This document shows positions 21,275 through 32,900 of a DNA stretch of 64,000 nt, piece by piece. This DNA is from Wickerhamiella versatilis. Taxonomy: Eukaryota. The DNA lies in assembly GCA_030867685.1 (NCBI GenBank), contig JAQOWU010000003.1, positions 992,001-1,056,000 on the forward strand. The letters run 5' to 3'. Position 1 is the stretch's first letter, and every line of letters begins with the position of its first letter. The position numbers were made by a program, and so were the translations under genes. The notes under the pieces are model-generated. The model did not search any database. It had not been told where the DNA came from and worked only from the letters and a program-made list of their open reading frames with translations.

Positions 21275-21309
21275 TTTCGAAGAAATTGTATTACATAAGT
21301 TTTCAGTGG

Positions 21310-22290
21310 ATGAAGGTAGCCCTCGGTCTCCGCACAGCGGCCAGAATACCACGTCTGAGGATCCGCTGGGCTAGTACAGTCTCCTCTGATCCAGCAAAGA
21401 AGTTGGGACCCATCGATAGTAAGGTCTCCGAGCTTGTGCATGACCTGGAAGAACGGTCAAGAACCCAGACAGCCGAAGAGATCAAAGCAATGAAGCCAGT
21501 CAGCTTCGGCGATCCTGCACATTCTCGACCAGATCTGGAACGTATGCGTGTTGTACCACGCCATATGGCTTTTTATATGTCCAACCCCAGGCATGAAGAA
21601 GTGGTACGACGGCTTAACCAGCTGGTGCAGCGGTATATCAATCTTCCAACCGTTGATCCTAAGAACTACACCAGTTCGAAGTGGATAAACCCAGCAGAGG
21701 AGGAAAGTGGTACTACTCGCCGTCTTACAGGCCCGCAAAAACGTATATTTTCTGATCTTGTACGTCGGCTCGATCGCATAGATCCCCAGCTCGTACCACG
21801 GGAAGTGGAAGCGGTCTTGGCGTGTTTAAGGGCCGATAGCCAAGTTTCTGGCCAGGCAGTAAACCAGAGGAAAATAAAAACTTTGGATAGTGAGGGTCGA
21901 GCCATAGCTGTGGGACATCGAAAATCCGCATCGGCTCGAGTTGTCCTTGTTCAGGTACGTGATGATGAGGTCGGACAAATATATATAAATGGCCGTAGCA
22001 TCGAGGAGTCATTCGCAAGTTTCATGCATCGTCAAAGCGTATTGTATCCTCTAAGAGTTGCAGATGCCGTTGGGAAGTTCAATATTTGGGCTACAGTCCA
22101 GGGAGGTGGTATCTCGGGCCAGGCTGATGCTGTAGCCCATGGTATTTCACAAGCACTAGTCGTTCAAAATCCTCTGTTACGTCCTCGCTTGAATCGTGCG
22201 GACCTTCTCAAAAGGGATCTTCGTGTCAAGGAACGAAAGAAGCCTGGTCTTGCCAAGGCACGGAAAGCCTACACTTGGGTTAAACGCTAA
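21310..22290 (+). CDS. MRPS9: Mitochondrial ribosomal protein uS9m
   Basis: Presequence MKVALGLRTAARIPRLRIRW, then G.RKSASARV, GGGISGQA and ERKKPGLAKARKAYTWVKR. Confidence 0.95.
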   Translation: MKVALGLRTAARIPRLRIRWASTVSSDPAKKLGPIDSKVSELVHDLEERSRTQTAEEIKAMKPVSFGDPAHSRPDLERMRVVPRHMAFYMSNPRHEEVVRRLNQLVQRYINLPTVDPKNYTSSKWINPAEEESGTTRRLTGPQKRIFSDLVRRLDRIDPQLVPREVEAVLACLRADSQVSGQAVNQRKIKTLDSEGRAIAVGHRKSASARVVLVQVRDDEVGQIYINGRSIEESFASFMHRQSVLYPLRVADAVGKFNIWATVQGGGISGQADAVAHGISQALVVQNPLLRPRLNRADLLKRDLRVKERKKPGLAKARKAYTWVKR

Positions 22291-22382
22291 TATGTATATA
22301 TACACGTATGGCTATTGCCATATAATTTGTTTTTCTTTGCAGAGTAGCCCTAAAATGATTTAAATCACTATTTCTTATCCTT

Positions 22383-23921
22383 CTAATGTAGGTGTCCACC
22401 AATCCACTGGTGCAGCATTTCAAGAGCAACGCTAGGTTGATCATGGGGTACCATATGGCCCGCATCGAAAACACGTAGGTACGTCAATCCACCTGCAGTT
22501 TTCGTTTCACCCACTGCTTTACCCTTAACGCGCCAAGGGTGAAGCGGCTGCTTCTCGAAGCCTTTGTGGGCATAATATGGCATCGCATTCGACCAGTCCA
22601 AATTACCTGTCCATGGGCATACAGTATCTTTGTCTCCCTCGTACAAGAGAACTGGAACGCCGGCCTCTAGAATTTCAATCACCGAGTCAACCACAGGAAG
22701 ATTACCATCGCTAGTGAACACAAAGTCGAGACCTACGGAGTCTGAGCAACCAACAAAATTTTCAACCTCGCCACCCGTTGCATTCTTAACCTCTGGAAGG
22801 TTAAGGTACTCCTCAATGTACCCAGTCTCTGGATAGCAACCTTCCTCAGTATCGCCACATTTATCCCTAATGTCATAGGGATTAAGATAAGTTTCAAAGT
22901 ATGGCTCGTAGAGCTGATCCGCATAAATGCCAGCTGCCGAACATACAAGAAAAGACTCTGTATCATAACAGGCTTCAATTAATTCCATTGCACGCGGAAC
23001 CTTTGAATAGAGCTCATCACACTTCGCTGGAGGCACTACTGATGGATACCCACCATTTCCACAAATCATGTTCACAGTACCATTTACTTGATTTAGGGTG
23101 TCAGTAATACCATTGCCAATGAGCACAGAGGTTAAGTTAAAATTGCGCTCTGGGTGTCTTACAATTTCTGCACCAATGGTAGGTAAGTAATGACCAGCAT
23201 AAGATTCACCAGAAATATGAAATTCCTTTCCGGTATACTCGGGAAGTTCTTCGAACAACAGGTTAAGGAATACATATACATCTTCAGCACTTGCGTAAGA
23301 GTCACGAACTCTACGAGAACTCCAACTGAAGCCAACATTGACAGGCTGATCGAGGAAAATCACTGTCGCATTAGAGTTCCAGCTGTATGGGTTGTACTCG
23401 AGTCCTGGTCCTTTCAGAATATTTGATGGTCCAAGTTCGAAAAGTTGGCCCGTAGTTGAGGAACACCCAGGGCCACCGTTCAACCATAATATAACGGGAT
23501 CTGTTGCTGGATCACCTCGAGATTCGAAGAGCCAGAAGAAGAAGTGCTTATCTTCATCTAGATTATCCACATATCCACTCCACTGTTTTACGCTATCCAC
23601 ACCCAATTTGGTGGGATCTTTTAAACGCACAATATGATCAGGAAATTCTTCGCTAGACGCAACACGCCAACCTTCAGTCAGACTAGATAGCTTCTCCTGG
23701 CTCCATAATGGCTTGGGACTATCTTCACGCAAGAATTCCTTTAACTCCTTAACTACTTGTGGCTTTTTGGCCCACAACTCATTCCAAACCTCTTTTACGA
23801 GTTGATTGCTCGTGGTTTCACCAAGAAGGGAAGCGACTGCCTGGTATCCATTAGGATGAAGTACCTCCTGGTCCTGTGCTAAAGATAGGCTGAGAGCAGA
23901 GAGTAACCTTAAAAGTTGCAT
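22383..23921 (-). CDS. PRC1: Vacuolar carboxypeptidase Y (peptidase S10)
   Basis: Signal peptide, WLNGGPGCSS, GESYAG and AGHMVPHDQP. Confidence 0.93.
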   Translation of the reverse strand: MQLLRLLSALSLSLAQDQEVLHPNGYQAVASLLGETTSNQLVKEVWNELWAKKPQVVKELKEFLREDSPKPLWSQEKLSSLTEGWRVASSEEFPDHIVRLKDPTKLGVDSVKQWSGYVDNLDEDKHFFFWLFESRGDPATDPVILWLNGGPGCSSTTGQLFELGPSNILKGPGLEYNPYSWNSNATVIFLDQPVNVGFSWSSRRVRDSYASAEDVYVFLNLLFEELPEYTGKEFHISGESYAGHYLPTIGAEIVRHPERNFNLTSVLIGNGITDTLNQVNGTVNMICGNGGYPSVVPPAKCDELYSKVPRAMELIEACYDTESFLVCSAAGIYADQLYEPYFETYLNPYDIRDKCGDTEEGCYPETGYIEEYLNLPEVKNATGGEVENFVGCSDSVGLDFVFTSDGNLPVVDSVIEILEAGVPVLLYEGDKDTVCPWTGNLDWSNAMPYYAHKGFEKQPLHPWRVKGKAVGETKTAGGLTYLRVFDAGHMVPHDQPSVALEMLHQWIGGHLH

Positions 23922-24351
23922 TATCAGAACTATAGGCCTGAAACAGCTGATAACTACCTATAGCTGTATAATAAATAAGAAGCGTAAGTGGGTAGTTATA
24001 ACCTGAGCAATTGAGGGTTAGGTTATTGGCTTGATCGCCTAATTAGGAATTGAAAGATAGCGCTAATCACTAAGAGTTCCTAGGATCAAACTTTACTTTC
24101 TAGTGTAGTGCCTAAGATGATTTATCACTAGGGGTCCGGAGAACAATAGGAAAATATTATTATGTCCTCAGCTTGCATTTGATGCCATTAGTATATCAGC
24201 CTTGCACATGTCATATATCAACGGTCTCACATGGATCCATATTACCTATCGCCCTGAGCTAATTTGGGCAAGCAAACAGATATGAAATAAAACATCTAGG
24301 ACTTAGAATCTCGGAGACCTACGCGAGATTACATAAATTCGAGGTTGGTCA

Positions 24352-26349
24352 ATGCTGGACATCCAGGATGGAGAATTTGTTCAAGGAAAACGTACGCTTC
24401 GGTTGCATGGCGTAAATCTTGATAGTGGAGCTAAAATGCCAGCCAATCCCCGGATTAACACGTTTCACAAGGTCACCGAAGAATTTTGGAAAGGAGATGA
24501 GGTGAGTTTTGTGGGCAGGCCATTCACATTGGAGGATGCAGATAGCCACTTCGCTCGGGTTCGAAGTTGGGGCCACAACACAATTAGATACGTGTTCACT
24601 TGGGAAGCTATAGAGCACGCGGGTCCTGGTCAATACGATGACGAGTTTATAGCTTACACAGTGGAGGTTTTGAAGAAAGCTCGTGAGCATGGCTTTCTAG
24701 TTTTTCTTGACCCTCACCAAGACGTTTGGGGAAGACATAGTGGTGGAAGTGGTGCTCCTATGTGGACCTATTACGCTGCTGGATTGAATCCTAAGAACTT
24801 TTGGCCAACCCGCTCAGCGGTGGTTCAAAATTATTTCGATGACCCCCAGAATGCACCAAAGATGCTTTGGCCAACAAATTATTATCGTTCGATTTGCCAA
24901 ACAATGTTTGCTCTTTTCTTTGGAGGAAAAAGATATGCCCCCAAATGTCGTCTCAATGGTGAAAACATTCAGGACTTCCTTCAAAAGCATTTTCTGAATG
25001 CATGCCTCCGACTTTATAAGGCAATAGAGCAGGCAGGACTGATGGAGGATTGTGTTTTTGGTGTCGAAACAATGAATGAGCCCAGCCCCGGTATCATAGG
25101 AACACCAGACATAACAAAAATCCCTGACAACCAAAATTTGCGTCTCTCGACGACACCTACAGCCTTTGAATCTATGTTGTTAGCAACTGGTCATGCTCAA
25201 CGTGTGGAGAATTATGAATTTGGGTCACTTGGTCCTCGTTTTAAACACCATAAAGTGATCGATCCAAAGGGTGTTAGTGCATGGCTTAACGCTGAAGAGT
25301 TAAAAGAGGCTGATACTCGTTACGGAATCAAGCGATCAGAGGAATGGACTCCTGGACGTTGTATCTGGGCTCTGCATGGAGTATGGGACGACAGCCAACT
25401 CACTTGCTTGCAGCCGACGTACTTTGGAGAAGAAGTTAACGAAGATTATTTTGTCGAGCATTTTTTCCGCGATTACTGGGCATATCACTTTTCTGTATTA
25501 CGACAACATTTGCCCCGAAATCTCATCTTACTGTGTCAACCACCAACACTTTTCAAACCGCCAAGTCTTAAAGGCACCGATCTTTTGGATGACCATGTTA
25601 TTTATTCTCCACATTTTTATGATGGCTTGACCACCATGCTGAAGCGCTGGAGCTCAGTTTGGAACGTAGACGCCTTGGGTTACCTGCGGGGGCGTTATTG
25701 GTTGCCGATATTTGCCATTAAACTTGGTGAGTCGGGTATCCGCAGATCACTCGTCAATCAATTGGGAATAATCTCTGAAGAGCGTGATAAGTATCTTGGT
25801 GCTGATATTCCGTGCCTTCTATCAGAAACTGGTGTTCCAATGGATATGAACGACGGAGAGCCGCATAAAACTGGCGACTATACTTCTCAAATCAAAGCCC
25901 TTGATGCAATTGCTCATGCTACGGAATGTCAAAATTTCCATGTGACATATTGGGCTTATCAGGCTGTGAACAGCCATGAGCAGGGAGATTATTGGAATGG
26001 TGAGGATTTCAGCTTCTTTGGTTCGAATCGACCACGTGCTCTTGAGGCAATAAAGCGGCCTTTCCCACCTTTTACTAGAGGGAAGGTATTAACATCTGTT
26101 TTTGAGCATGTCCGTTATAACGAGTCCTACACTTTAGTCATTGATGCAGAAAACTGTGCAGATGCCACAAGCTCTAAAGACGCTACTATAATTTTTTTGC
26201 CCCAAGAACTCTTCGATAGTGTGGAACCGCAAATCTCTGACGGAAGGATTGAGCGGATCGATAAAAATTATCTTGCTTGGTATCATCCTGCAGGTCGCCA
26301 GCATCTCAAGGTTTCAAATCATCTAGAATCCTGGTGTTCGGTCTGTTGA
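24352..26349 (+). CDS. EGH1: GH5 steryl-beta-glucosidase / endoglycoceramidase-related protein
   Basis: FVGRPF, TWEAIEHAGPG, DPHQDVW, MNEP (acid/base), SETG (nucleophile) and GDYWNGEDFS. Confidence 0.9.
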   Translation: MLDIQDGEFVQGKRTLRLHGVNLDSGAKMPANPRINTFHKVTEEFWKGDEVSFVGRPFTLEDADSHFARVRSWGHNTIRYVFTWEAIEHAGPGQYDDEFIAYTVEVLKKAREHGFLVFLDPHQDVWGRHSGGSGAPMWTYYAAGLNPKNFWPTRSAVVQNYFDDPQNAPKMLWPTNYYRSICQTMFALFFGGKRYAPKCRLNGENIQDFLQKHFLNACLRLYKAIEQAGLMEDCVFGVETMNEPSPGIIGTPDITKIPDNQNLRLSTTPTAFESMLLATGHAQRVENYEFGSLGPRFKHHKVIDPKGVSAWLNAEELKEADTRYGIKRSEEWTPGRCIWALHGVWDDSQLTCLQPTYFGEEVNEDYFVEHFFRDYWAYHFSVLRQHLPRNLILLCQPPTLFKPPSLKGTDLLDDHVIYSPHFYDGLTTMLKRWSSVWNVDALGYLRGRYWLPIFAIKLGESGIRRSLVNQLGIISEERDKYLGADIPCLLSETGVPMDMNDGEPHKTGDYTSQIKALDAIAHATECQNFHVTYWAYQAVNSHEQGDYWNGEDFSFFGSNRPRALEAIKRPFPPFTRGKVLTSVFEHVRYNESYTLVIDAENCADATSSKDATIIFLPQELFDSVEPQISDGRIERIDKNYLAWYHPAGRQHLKVSNHLESWCSVC

Positions 26350-26453
26350 GCATGAAAAGGCAATCTCGTTTTGTATCAGTGATAAATTATTACTTAACGT
26401 TACATTATCGAATAGATTAAGATGTTTTTGCATCCTCTTAATAAAATGCATGG

Positions 26454-28229
26454 TCACAAAAAATCGTCCTCATCTACTGCAGCCACAGGGCGCGAATTGA
26501 GTTGTGGCGTAGTCATTACAGAACCAGAATCATCATAAGTATTGTCTTCAGCGGTAATATTTTTTTGAGGGGATGTGATGGGATCGCTGGCATTCGATAA
26601 AGTACTCTTTTCACGAATATCAATCGCGCTTGAGCTAGTCCCATTTTCGCTAGCATATAGCGAGCTTCCAGCATCTTGTGATGGCACATTCAATAAGCTG
26701 CTACCTTCAAACGAGTCGTTGAGAGTCTGCTGTCTATCAGATGGCCTCTCTGACATCTCCTGCTCATCGCTTACGCTTCCAGACGACCGAGATTTCCGAG
26801 AAGAGCTCAAAGGCTCAGTTGGTCTATCATCCATCGTCTCTGCTTTGATCGCGTCATTGGGCTTCGTGGTTGGGGAGACAATAGGCGATAACACTGCACC
26901 TTCCTCCGATCCTGGTTCATCAATCGCGAAGAATTGAGTGCCTAATGATTGCAAACTTCGTTTTCGTATATCCCGCACCTCCGCATGATGAGATTCATGC
27001 AACTCTTTAACAATTCTCCGAAATTCATCACAAAGATTGCTTGTATTCCTGCTGGTTCTAAGTTTCGCAGATTCCATATCGTAGACTTTATCATCGAGCT
27101 GTGCGATCTTCGACTCTAACTGTTCTACGATAGACTCATATTGCCTTCGTTCAGTTTCATATCTTATTGCAGACTTTGTAACATTCTCAAGGGTTAATAC
27201 CACATTCTCAAGCTCCTTTCTCTGTGAGGCGAATCTTTGCTTTAATTCGAGCGACCGCGATCGTTCGCTATTCAAGTCATTACGAAGTTTCTGTAGTTCA
27301 GCCGACCGCTCAGCGTTTTCGGTGCTTGTTGGCTCCCGAGTGTTTAGTTGGTGGGTTAAAAACTGTATTCTTTCCTCTGCACTATTAGCCTGAGTTCGAT
27401 ATGCATCAACCTCATCTGCTCTTTCATCACATGTCTGCAGTAGATGCCGTAAAACATTCTGAATATAAGCAGTTGGCGAGCTCGCAGGAGAAAACTGAGG
27501 AAACGCCCCTTGCAAACGTTGCACAAGCGAATTGAGCTCAGCGTTTATCATAGAGTGTGAGTCCGAAGCTCCCGCATTTTTCGGCGATGCATAGGGGTTC
27601 TGGTGAGACGACGCAACCGTGCTACCACTAAAGCCCCGTCGATGGGTGGGTCCTGCCGGCTTTCCCTGTACTGCACGTGACAAAACAGCCGAATGATGCT
27701 CAAGTATCCTACGTTCAATCTCGCGTTGTCTGTCCACAAGCTCTTGCCGCAAGTCCTCAAGGTGACGAATTCTATCCTTCGAAAGCGTCACCTCATCCTC
27801 TGCCTGGCGACTTAATCGCTTCTTATCGTTAGTGTTCGATTCTCCAGAGTGAAATATCCGCGACAGTCGTCGAGGCGACTTGGGGGACGTTGGCCCGCCG
27901 GTATGGAGTTTTGACAACGACGACGCAGCTTCACGCATCTTAGTCTCCACATCTATTCTATTAACAATATCTGCAATACGGGTGCGTAGCACAGTAAGCT
28001 CAACCTCAAATCCATGTAAGTCTTCAGGTGCAAGGATCTGAAATGCGTCGCAGGCCTTGATACTCTCCGCAACTAAAGCTGCACCCCCATCACCATATCC
28101 ACCACTCTCATTCGGGAAATATCCCGGGATCAGCATCGCAGGTGCATCCAAATACTCCCGCGGATCCTGCGCACGATGAAAGCCATCGTACATTCCCTCC
28201 GGCATTTTTGATGACTCATCTATATGCAT
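26454..28229 (-). CDS. Coiled-coil protein with Uds1 (up-regulated during septation) domain
   Basis: FQILAPEDL...L.VL.TRI...ETKMREAASSL...RILEHHSAVL matches the fungal Uds1 pattern. First ATG at 28229. Confidence 0.7.
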   Translation of the reverse strand: MHIDESSKMPEGMYDGFHRAQDPREYLDAPAMLIPGYFPNESGGYGDGGAALVAESIKACDAFQILAPEDLHGFEVELTVLRTRIADIVNRIDVETKMREAASSLSKLHTGGPTSPKSPRRLSRIFHSGESNTNDKKRLSRQAEDEVTLSKDRIRHLEDLRQELVDRQREIERRILEHHSAVLSRAVQGKPAGPTHRRGFSGSTVASSHQNPYASPKNAGASDSHSMINAELNSLVQRLQGAFPQFSPASSPTAYIQNVLRHLLQTCDERADEVDAYRTQANSAEERIQFLTHQLNTREPTSTENAERSAELQKLRNDLNSERSRSLELKQRFASQRKELENVVLTLENVTKSAIRYETERRQYESIVEQLESKIAQLDDKVYDMESAKLRTSRNTSNLCDEFRRIVKELHESHHAEVRDIRKRSLQSLGTQFFAIDEPGSEEGAVLSPIVSPTTKPNDAIKAETMDDRPTEPLSSSRKSRSSGSVSDEQEMSERPSDRQQTLNDSFEGSSLLNVPSQDAGSSLYASENGTSSSAIDIREKSTLSNASDPITSPQKNITAEDNTYDDSGSVMTTPQLNSRPVAAVDEDDFL

Positions 28230-28511
28230 CACGCTAAATGTAAACGTACCAGCGGCATACACAGATCGCTTAGGCGAATAGTTGAAGAATTACCTGCATA
28301 TCAAACTAACATATCGTATCTTATGCTCTGTGGTAGATACTGGAATACTAGGCATTATCATCGTAAAACTCTCGTGTATTAAAGTCAACTGGATAACACA
28401 CTCTCATACCACCAGGTGATCGTATATCTCTCTTCTACTATGATAAGTTTCACCTAACCAGGCCTATGCCTTGGTTAGAAGTGCTATAAGCCTACGGAGC
28501 CAGCCTAAGGC

Positions 28512-29234
28512 CTAGGATTTCCGGAAATCAGAAAGTACAGGATATATAGCCTCAAATGCCTGATATATTTCTTCGCGCTGTTTCGCGCCTGTCAAGACAA
28601 TCTTGCCTGAAACAAAAATCAAGAGTACAATTTTTGGTTTAACCATGCGATATATGAGACCCGGGAAAAGTTCAGGTTCGTACGATGAGAAAGTACCGTG
28701 GCTGAAAGCAAGACCCTCCAACCGGATGGGGAACTTCACGTCACACGAACCAACGATATTCTGAATCTTGAAGTCAGTAAACTTAGCACTAAAACCCAAT
28801 TTTTGGATAATACGTGCGTACTTACGCGATGCCAACTTGCTATCGTCCTCGCTTTTGGCACCAGTGACAACCATCTTACCGGAAGCAAAAATTAGCGCAG
28901 TCGTTTTCGGCTCACGAATACGCATAATAACAGCAGCGAACCGCTTGGGGTTATATTCTGCATTACGAGCATGAAGTGCAATCGTCTTTAAATCAAGACG
29001 ACATGCTAAATTAACAGTTGCAACGATGTTCTGCAACGTTGGCAAAATGCCCGATGTGCCCTCCTGTGTTTCAGGCTGCTGTTTCTCTGCGCTGCGTTGA
29101 GGAAATGGTTTCGTCTCCTCTACCTCCGGCGGATGTTGACTTAAATCATGACCATTTATCGGGAACGATAACGAAGTTGGTGAAACAAAGTTTCTTGCCT
29201 GTGCAGGTGTTTGTGGTGCTGACAGCGTGTCCAT
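28512..29234 (-). CDS. SPT15: TATA-binding protein
   Basis: Near-canonical TBP core ([16 protein letters not shown]...YPVLSDFRK). ATG at 29234. Confidence 0.98.
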   Translation of the reverse strand: MDTLSAPQTPAQARNFVSPTSLSFPINGHDLSQHPPEVEETKPFPQRSAEKQQPETQEGTSGILPTLQNIVATVNLACRLDLKTIALHARNAEYNPKRFAAVIMRIREPKTTALIFASGKMVVTGAKSEDDSKLASRKYARIIQKLGFSAKFTDFKIQNIVGSCDVKFPIRLEGLAFSHGTFSSYEPELFPGLIYRMVKPKIVLLIFVSGKIVLTGAKQREEIYQAFEAIYPVLSDFRKS

Positions 29235-29962
29235 ATAACCGGTAATGCACTCGCCAGTCTGCAACTCAATGCAACCAACGGTCAAGCGGCTGTAGAAATT
29301 AAAATACTAAAGGGTTACGATTAAATCTGCACCCTTCGAAATTAAGTCCCTTACGTCAGCAACTGCTCCCAACTACAACGAGCGAACCACGCCACATATA
29401 TATACCCAATACCTGCGGTTAGGGTATTTGTCACAATCTCTCCTGAAGCGTCTCGTTTGTGCTTCTGGGGATACCTCGAGCTGCAAGCTAGCAGCCTCGA
29501 TGCCTATTTTCTATTAGTTCGAAGACTAAAGCAACTGCTTCCGCGGTAATCGTCTATATGGGTGGGTAATCAATTGAGAACCTGACGCTGACCGCCTAGA
29601 GTAGTCATTTATACCCTAGCCCAGGTACTGCCGCTATGAGGTGGCGTTTTTTCAATCGCAAAAGCTTTGTATGAGGCCATTCAAAGTAGTCGGGTGTCAA
29701 TTGTTAGGGAGACATACCACCATGAAACACCGCCTGGAGTCACTGCCCCGCACTAAGTCCTTATTTTCGCAGGGAACAATATGACACTTCGAGGAAGTGT
29801 CGATACTTACCTGGTCCTCTAAATAATATCACGCAGTGATTGAACAATGCTCAGACACCGCCGGTGAGCCGATCTCTGTAAGTTATGAAAGTAAAAGTGG
29901 GAATGAAACCTTACTCAGTACGATCAGTCTAAATGAGGTAAGCTGTCAGACTGGGCTTGGGC

Positions 29963-32900
29963 ATGCCAGATTCCGAGCCAGTGAGCCTACGAGGCCATAT
30001 AGAGCTTGCAGACATCGGAAAAAGTGCATCGCATGACCCACTTCCAGTGAACAGGGCAGATATTCCGGAAGGGAATATAGCACCGCAAAGCGGTACCGTT
30101 TCTGATTTCGTATATGAGTATCTTTCCGATTTGCCTCATGAGGACATTACGGCCGTAACTGAGGCTATTAAGGCCCTCTTTAATGATGAAAAAATAACTG
30201 ATGTCCAGCGAAAGGCTGAAGTAGAATCTATTCTGGAGCCTATGTCTAATGAAAAATTTAACGAACTTTGGCAATTAGCGCAGAACTCTGGGGAGCCACT
30301 AATTGAGCTTTCTGATTCTGAATCATCTGATTCTGAATCGTTAGAGCCTGCTGGATTCAAGCGGATCAGTGATGATAAGGAGCACATAGACCTCGCCTGG
30401 CTGGCCGGCAAAGTGGACGATTTAGCATCACCACAGGAGGTTCTAAAAGTCTTGGAGGACGAGGATAATAAGGAACAGGTACTAAATAAGCTATTTGGCT
30501 TCAAAAACCCACCACTTGCTGCAGAACTTGGGAAAAGAGCCTCTGAAATTTTGTGGTCAGTACGCTTAAATTCCGCTGAGAGTGTGCACCAGCGTGAGGC
30601 TATTCAAAATGAAATTGCTGCCTTAGGTTTGGAAATTGGTCCTAAGAATAGCATTGAGAATGAAAATGAGGAATTGGTCGACCTACAGTCCCTAATTGTA
30701 TCAACCGAGACCGAGGTTAAGACTACTGGCAAAGTAAGGCTTCCCGAAGGCACAACACGGATCTCCGGACCCGTATGGGAGCAGTACAACATCCCCCCTC
30801 CTAGACACAAAAAGCCCCGACCGGAACCTGTGGACTCGCCCGCGAATTTTAAAGAATTTCTTCCGGAAAATCTCAATGCCATGCAATCACGTGTCGCAGA
30901 CGCGGTATTGATGGGTGATGAAAATATTTTAGTTAGTGCACCCACAGGTGCAGGTAAAACTGTAGTTGCTCTTATGGCAATCTTACGGTGTTTACAGCAA
31001 CCTCGGACTAAAGTCGTTTACGTATCTCCTCTCAAGGCATTAGTTCAGGAACAAGTACGCACCTTCCAAACACTTTTAAAGACGAAATCCTCAGACGTAG
31101 TGGAGCTTAGTGGTGACTCTAATAATTCCCGGGATCAGTTGGCGAAAGCCCGGGTCATCATTGCAACCCCAGAGAAGTGGGATGTGGTTAGCAGAAAGTT
31201 AGCAAATTTGTCTTTGTTAAGTACAGTCGGTCTTCTTGTGATTGATGAGGTCCATCTTTTGCATGATCTGAGGGGCCCAGTCATTGAGGCTTTGGTGGCT
31301 CGTTTTACTTCACCTCGAATTTTAGGACTATCTGCAACCTTGCCTAATTATACAGAGGTAGCTGAATTTCTGAGAGTTCCAGAAGACTGTTTATTTTATT
31401 TTGGACCAGAATATCGACCGGTTCCTTTGATAAAGAGTTTTGTTGGGGTTACAGAGCCGCAGACTACACGAAAATACAAGGCATTGAATGAGACATGTGT
31501 TGAAAAAGTACGCGATTATGTTGATGAAGGGCATCAAGTACTATTGTTTGTCCATTCAAGAAAAGATACCACTGCTACCGCAGAACTACTGGCAAACGAA
31601 TTGCACCCGTTGAAACTTCGACCTGATACTGACGAAGATGAATTACATTCGAAAGGCGTTGGTATTCATCATGCAGGACTATCTAGAGATCAAAGGTCGA
31701 AAGTTGAAAGTCTATTTGCATCCAGAAAAATTCAGGTACTCGTATCTACGGCCACCCTTGCATGGGGTGTTAATCTTCCTGCACATGCTGTGATAATTAA
31801 AGGAACTCAATATTATGACCCACAGCAAGGTCAATGGACTGAACTCTCACCTCAAGATGTTACGCAGATGCTAGGACGTGCGGGACGACCGGGCTTCGAC
31901 GCAGAAGGTCACGGAGTTCTGATTACCTACCACGAAAAACTGAATTATTGGCTTGGGCTTGCAAATTCTCAATTACCTATAGAGTCCAGGCTCATTGGGA
32001 AGATAACGGACCTAATGAATGCGGAAGTTGCTCGCGGGACCATTAATAGTATCGATGATGGCTTAGCTTGGCTTGGTCGGACTTTTTACTCTGTCAGAAT
32101 GAGAAATGATCCTGATAAATATCGTGTCGGTGAGGGTGATTGGAGACGTAGATTGGTGCGCAGCGCCTTATATCAGCTGCAGAAATTGGATTGCTTAACT
32201 GAAGATATTCAACCTACAAAAAGCAGCAAAATTGCGGCTGACTTTTATATCGATCCAGAATCAGTAGCAATCTATCGTCGTCAATTAAAACCCTATCTAA
32301 CAAATATCGATTTGTTCCGCATGTTCTGTCTGTCACACGAGTTCTCATCCTTGAGTGTAAGACCGGAGGAGAAACGAGAACTCCAAAGATTGCAAGAATT
32401 GGTGCCTATACCTGTGAGACCCGATGATCGTCCAGTACATCGCAAAATTAATGTATTACTTCAAGTCTATATTTGCAAGTTACGATTGCATGGCCTGGCT
32501 TTGAATGTAGATTCTGGCTACGTAGCCCAATCTGCTGCAAGGATATTCCGGGCCCTTTATGCTTTATCGGTTGCTCAAGGGTGGCCTCAGGTGGCACATA
32601 ATCTCCTTGATGTGTGCAAAATGATTGATCATAGAATGTGGCTGTCGTCAAGCCCATTTAGACAGTTTATGGACTGTCCGAGGGAGATAATAAGAAAATC
32701 TGAATCAAGTATGATGCCGTGGAATCGTTACTTCGATCTTGAAAGCCCCGCAGAAATAGGGGAGGCACTTCGTAATTCCAAATTGGGAGAACCTGCGCTG
32801 GAATTGCTACATCGCTTCCCACGTTTCGAATTAAGTGCTCAAATATTACCAATTTCTCCATCTGTAGCTGTTGTCGCCACTGATATTTCTCCAATTTTTG

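Noticed and set aside
29803..29960. U1 snRNA gene on the + strand starting ATACTTACCTGG
   Set aside because: No convincing stem-loop I or II and no Sm site downstream before BRR2. Better explained as a minus-strand 5' splice site or chance.
29933..29990. First exon and intron for BRR2 (ATG AG|GTAAGC)
   Set aside because: No branch point and no in-phase YAG acceptor nearby.
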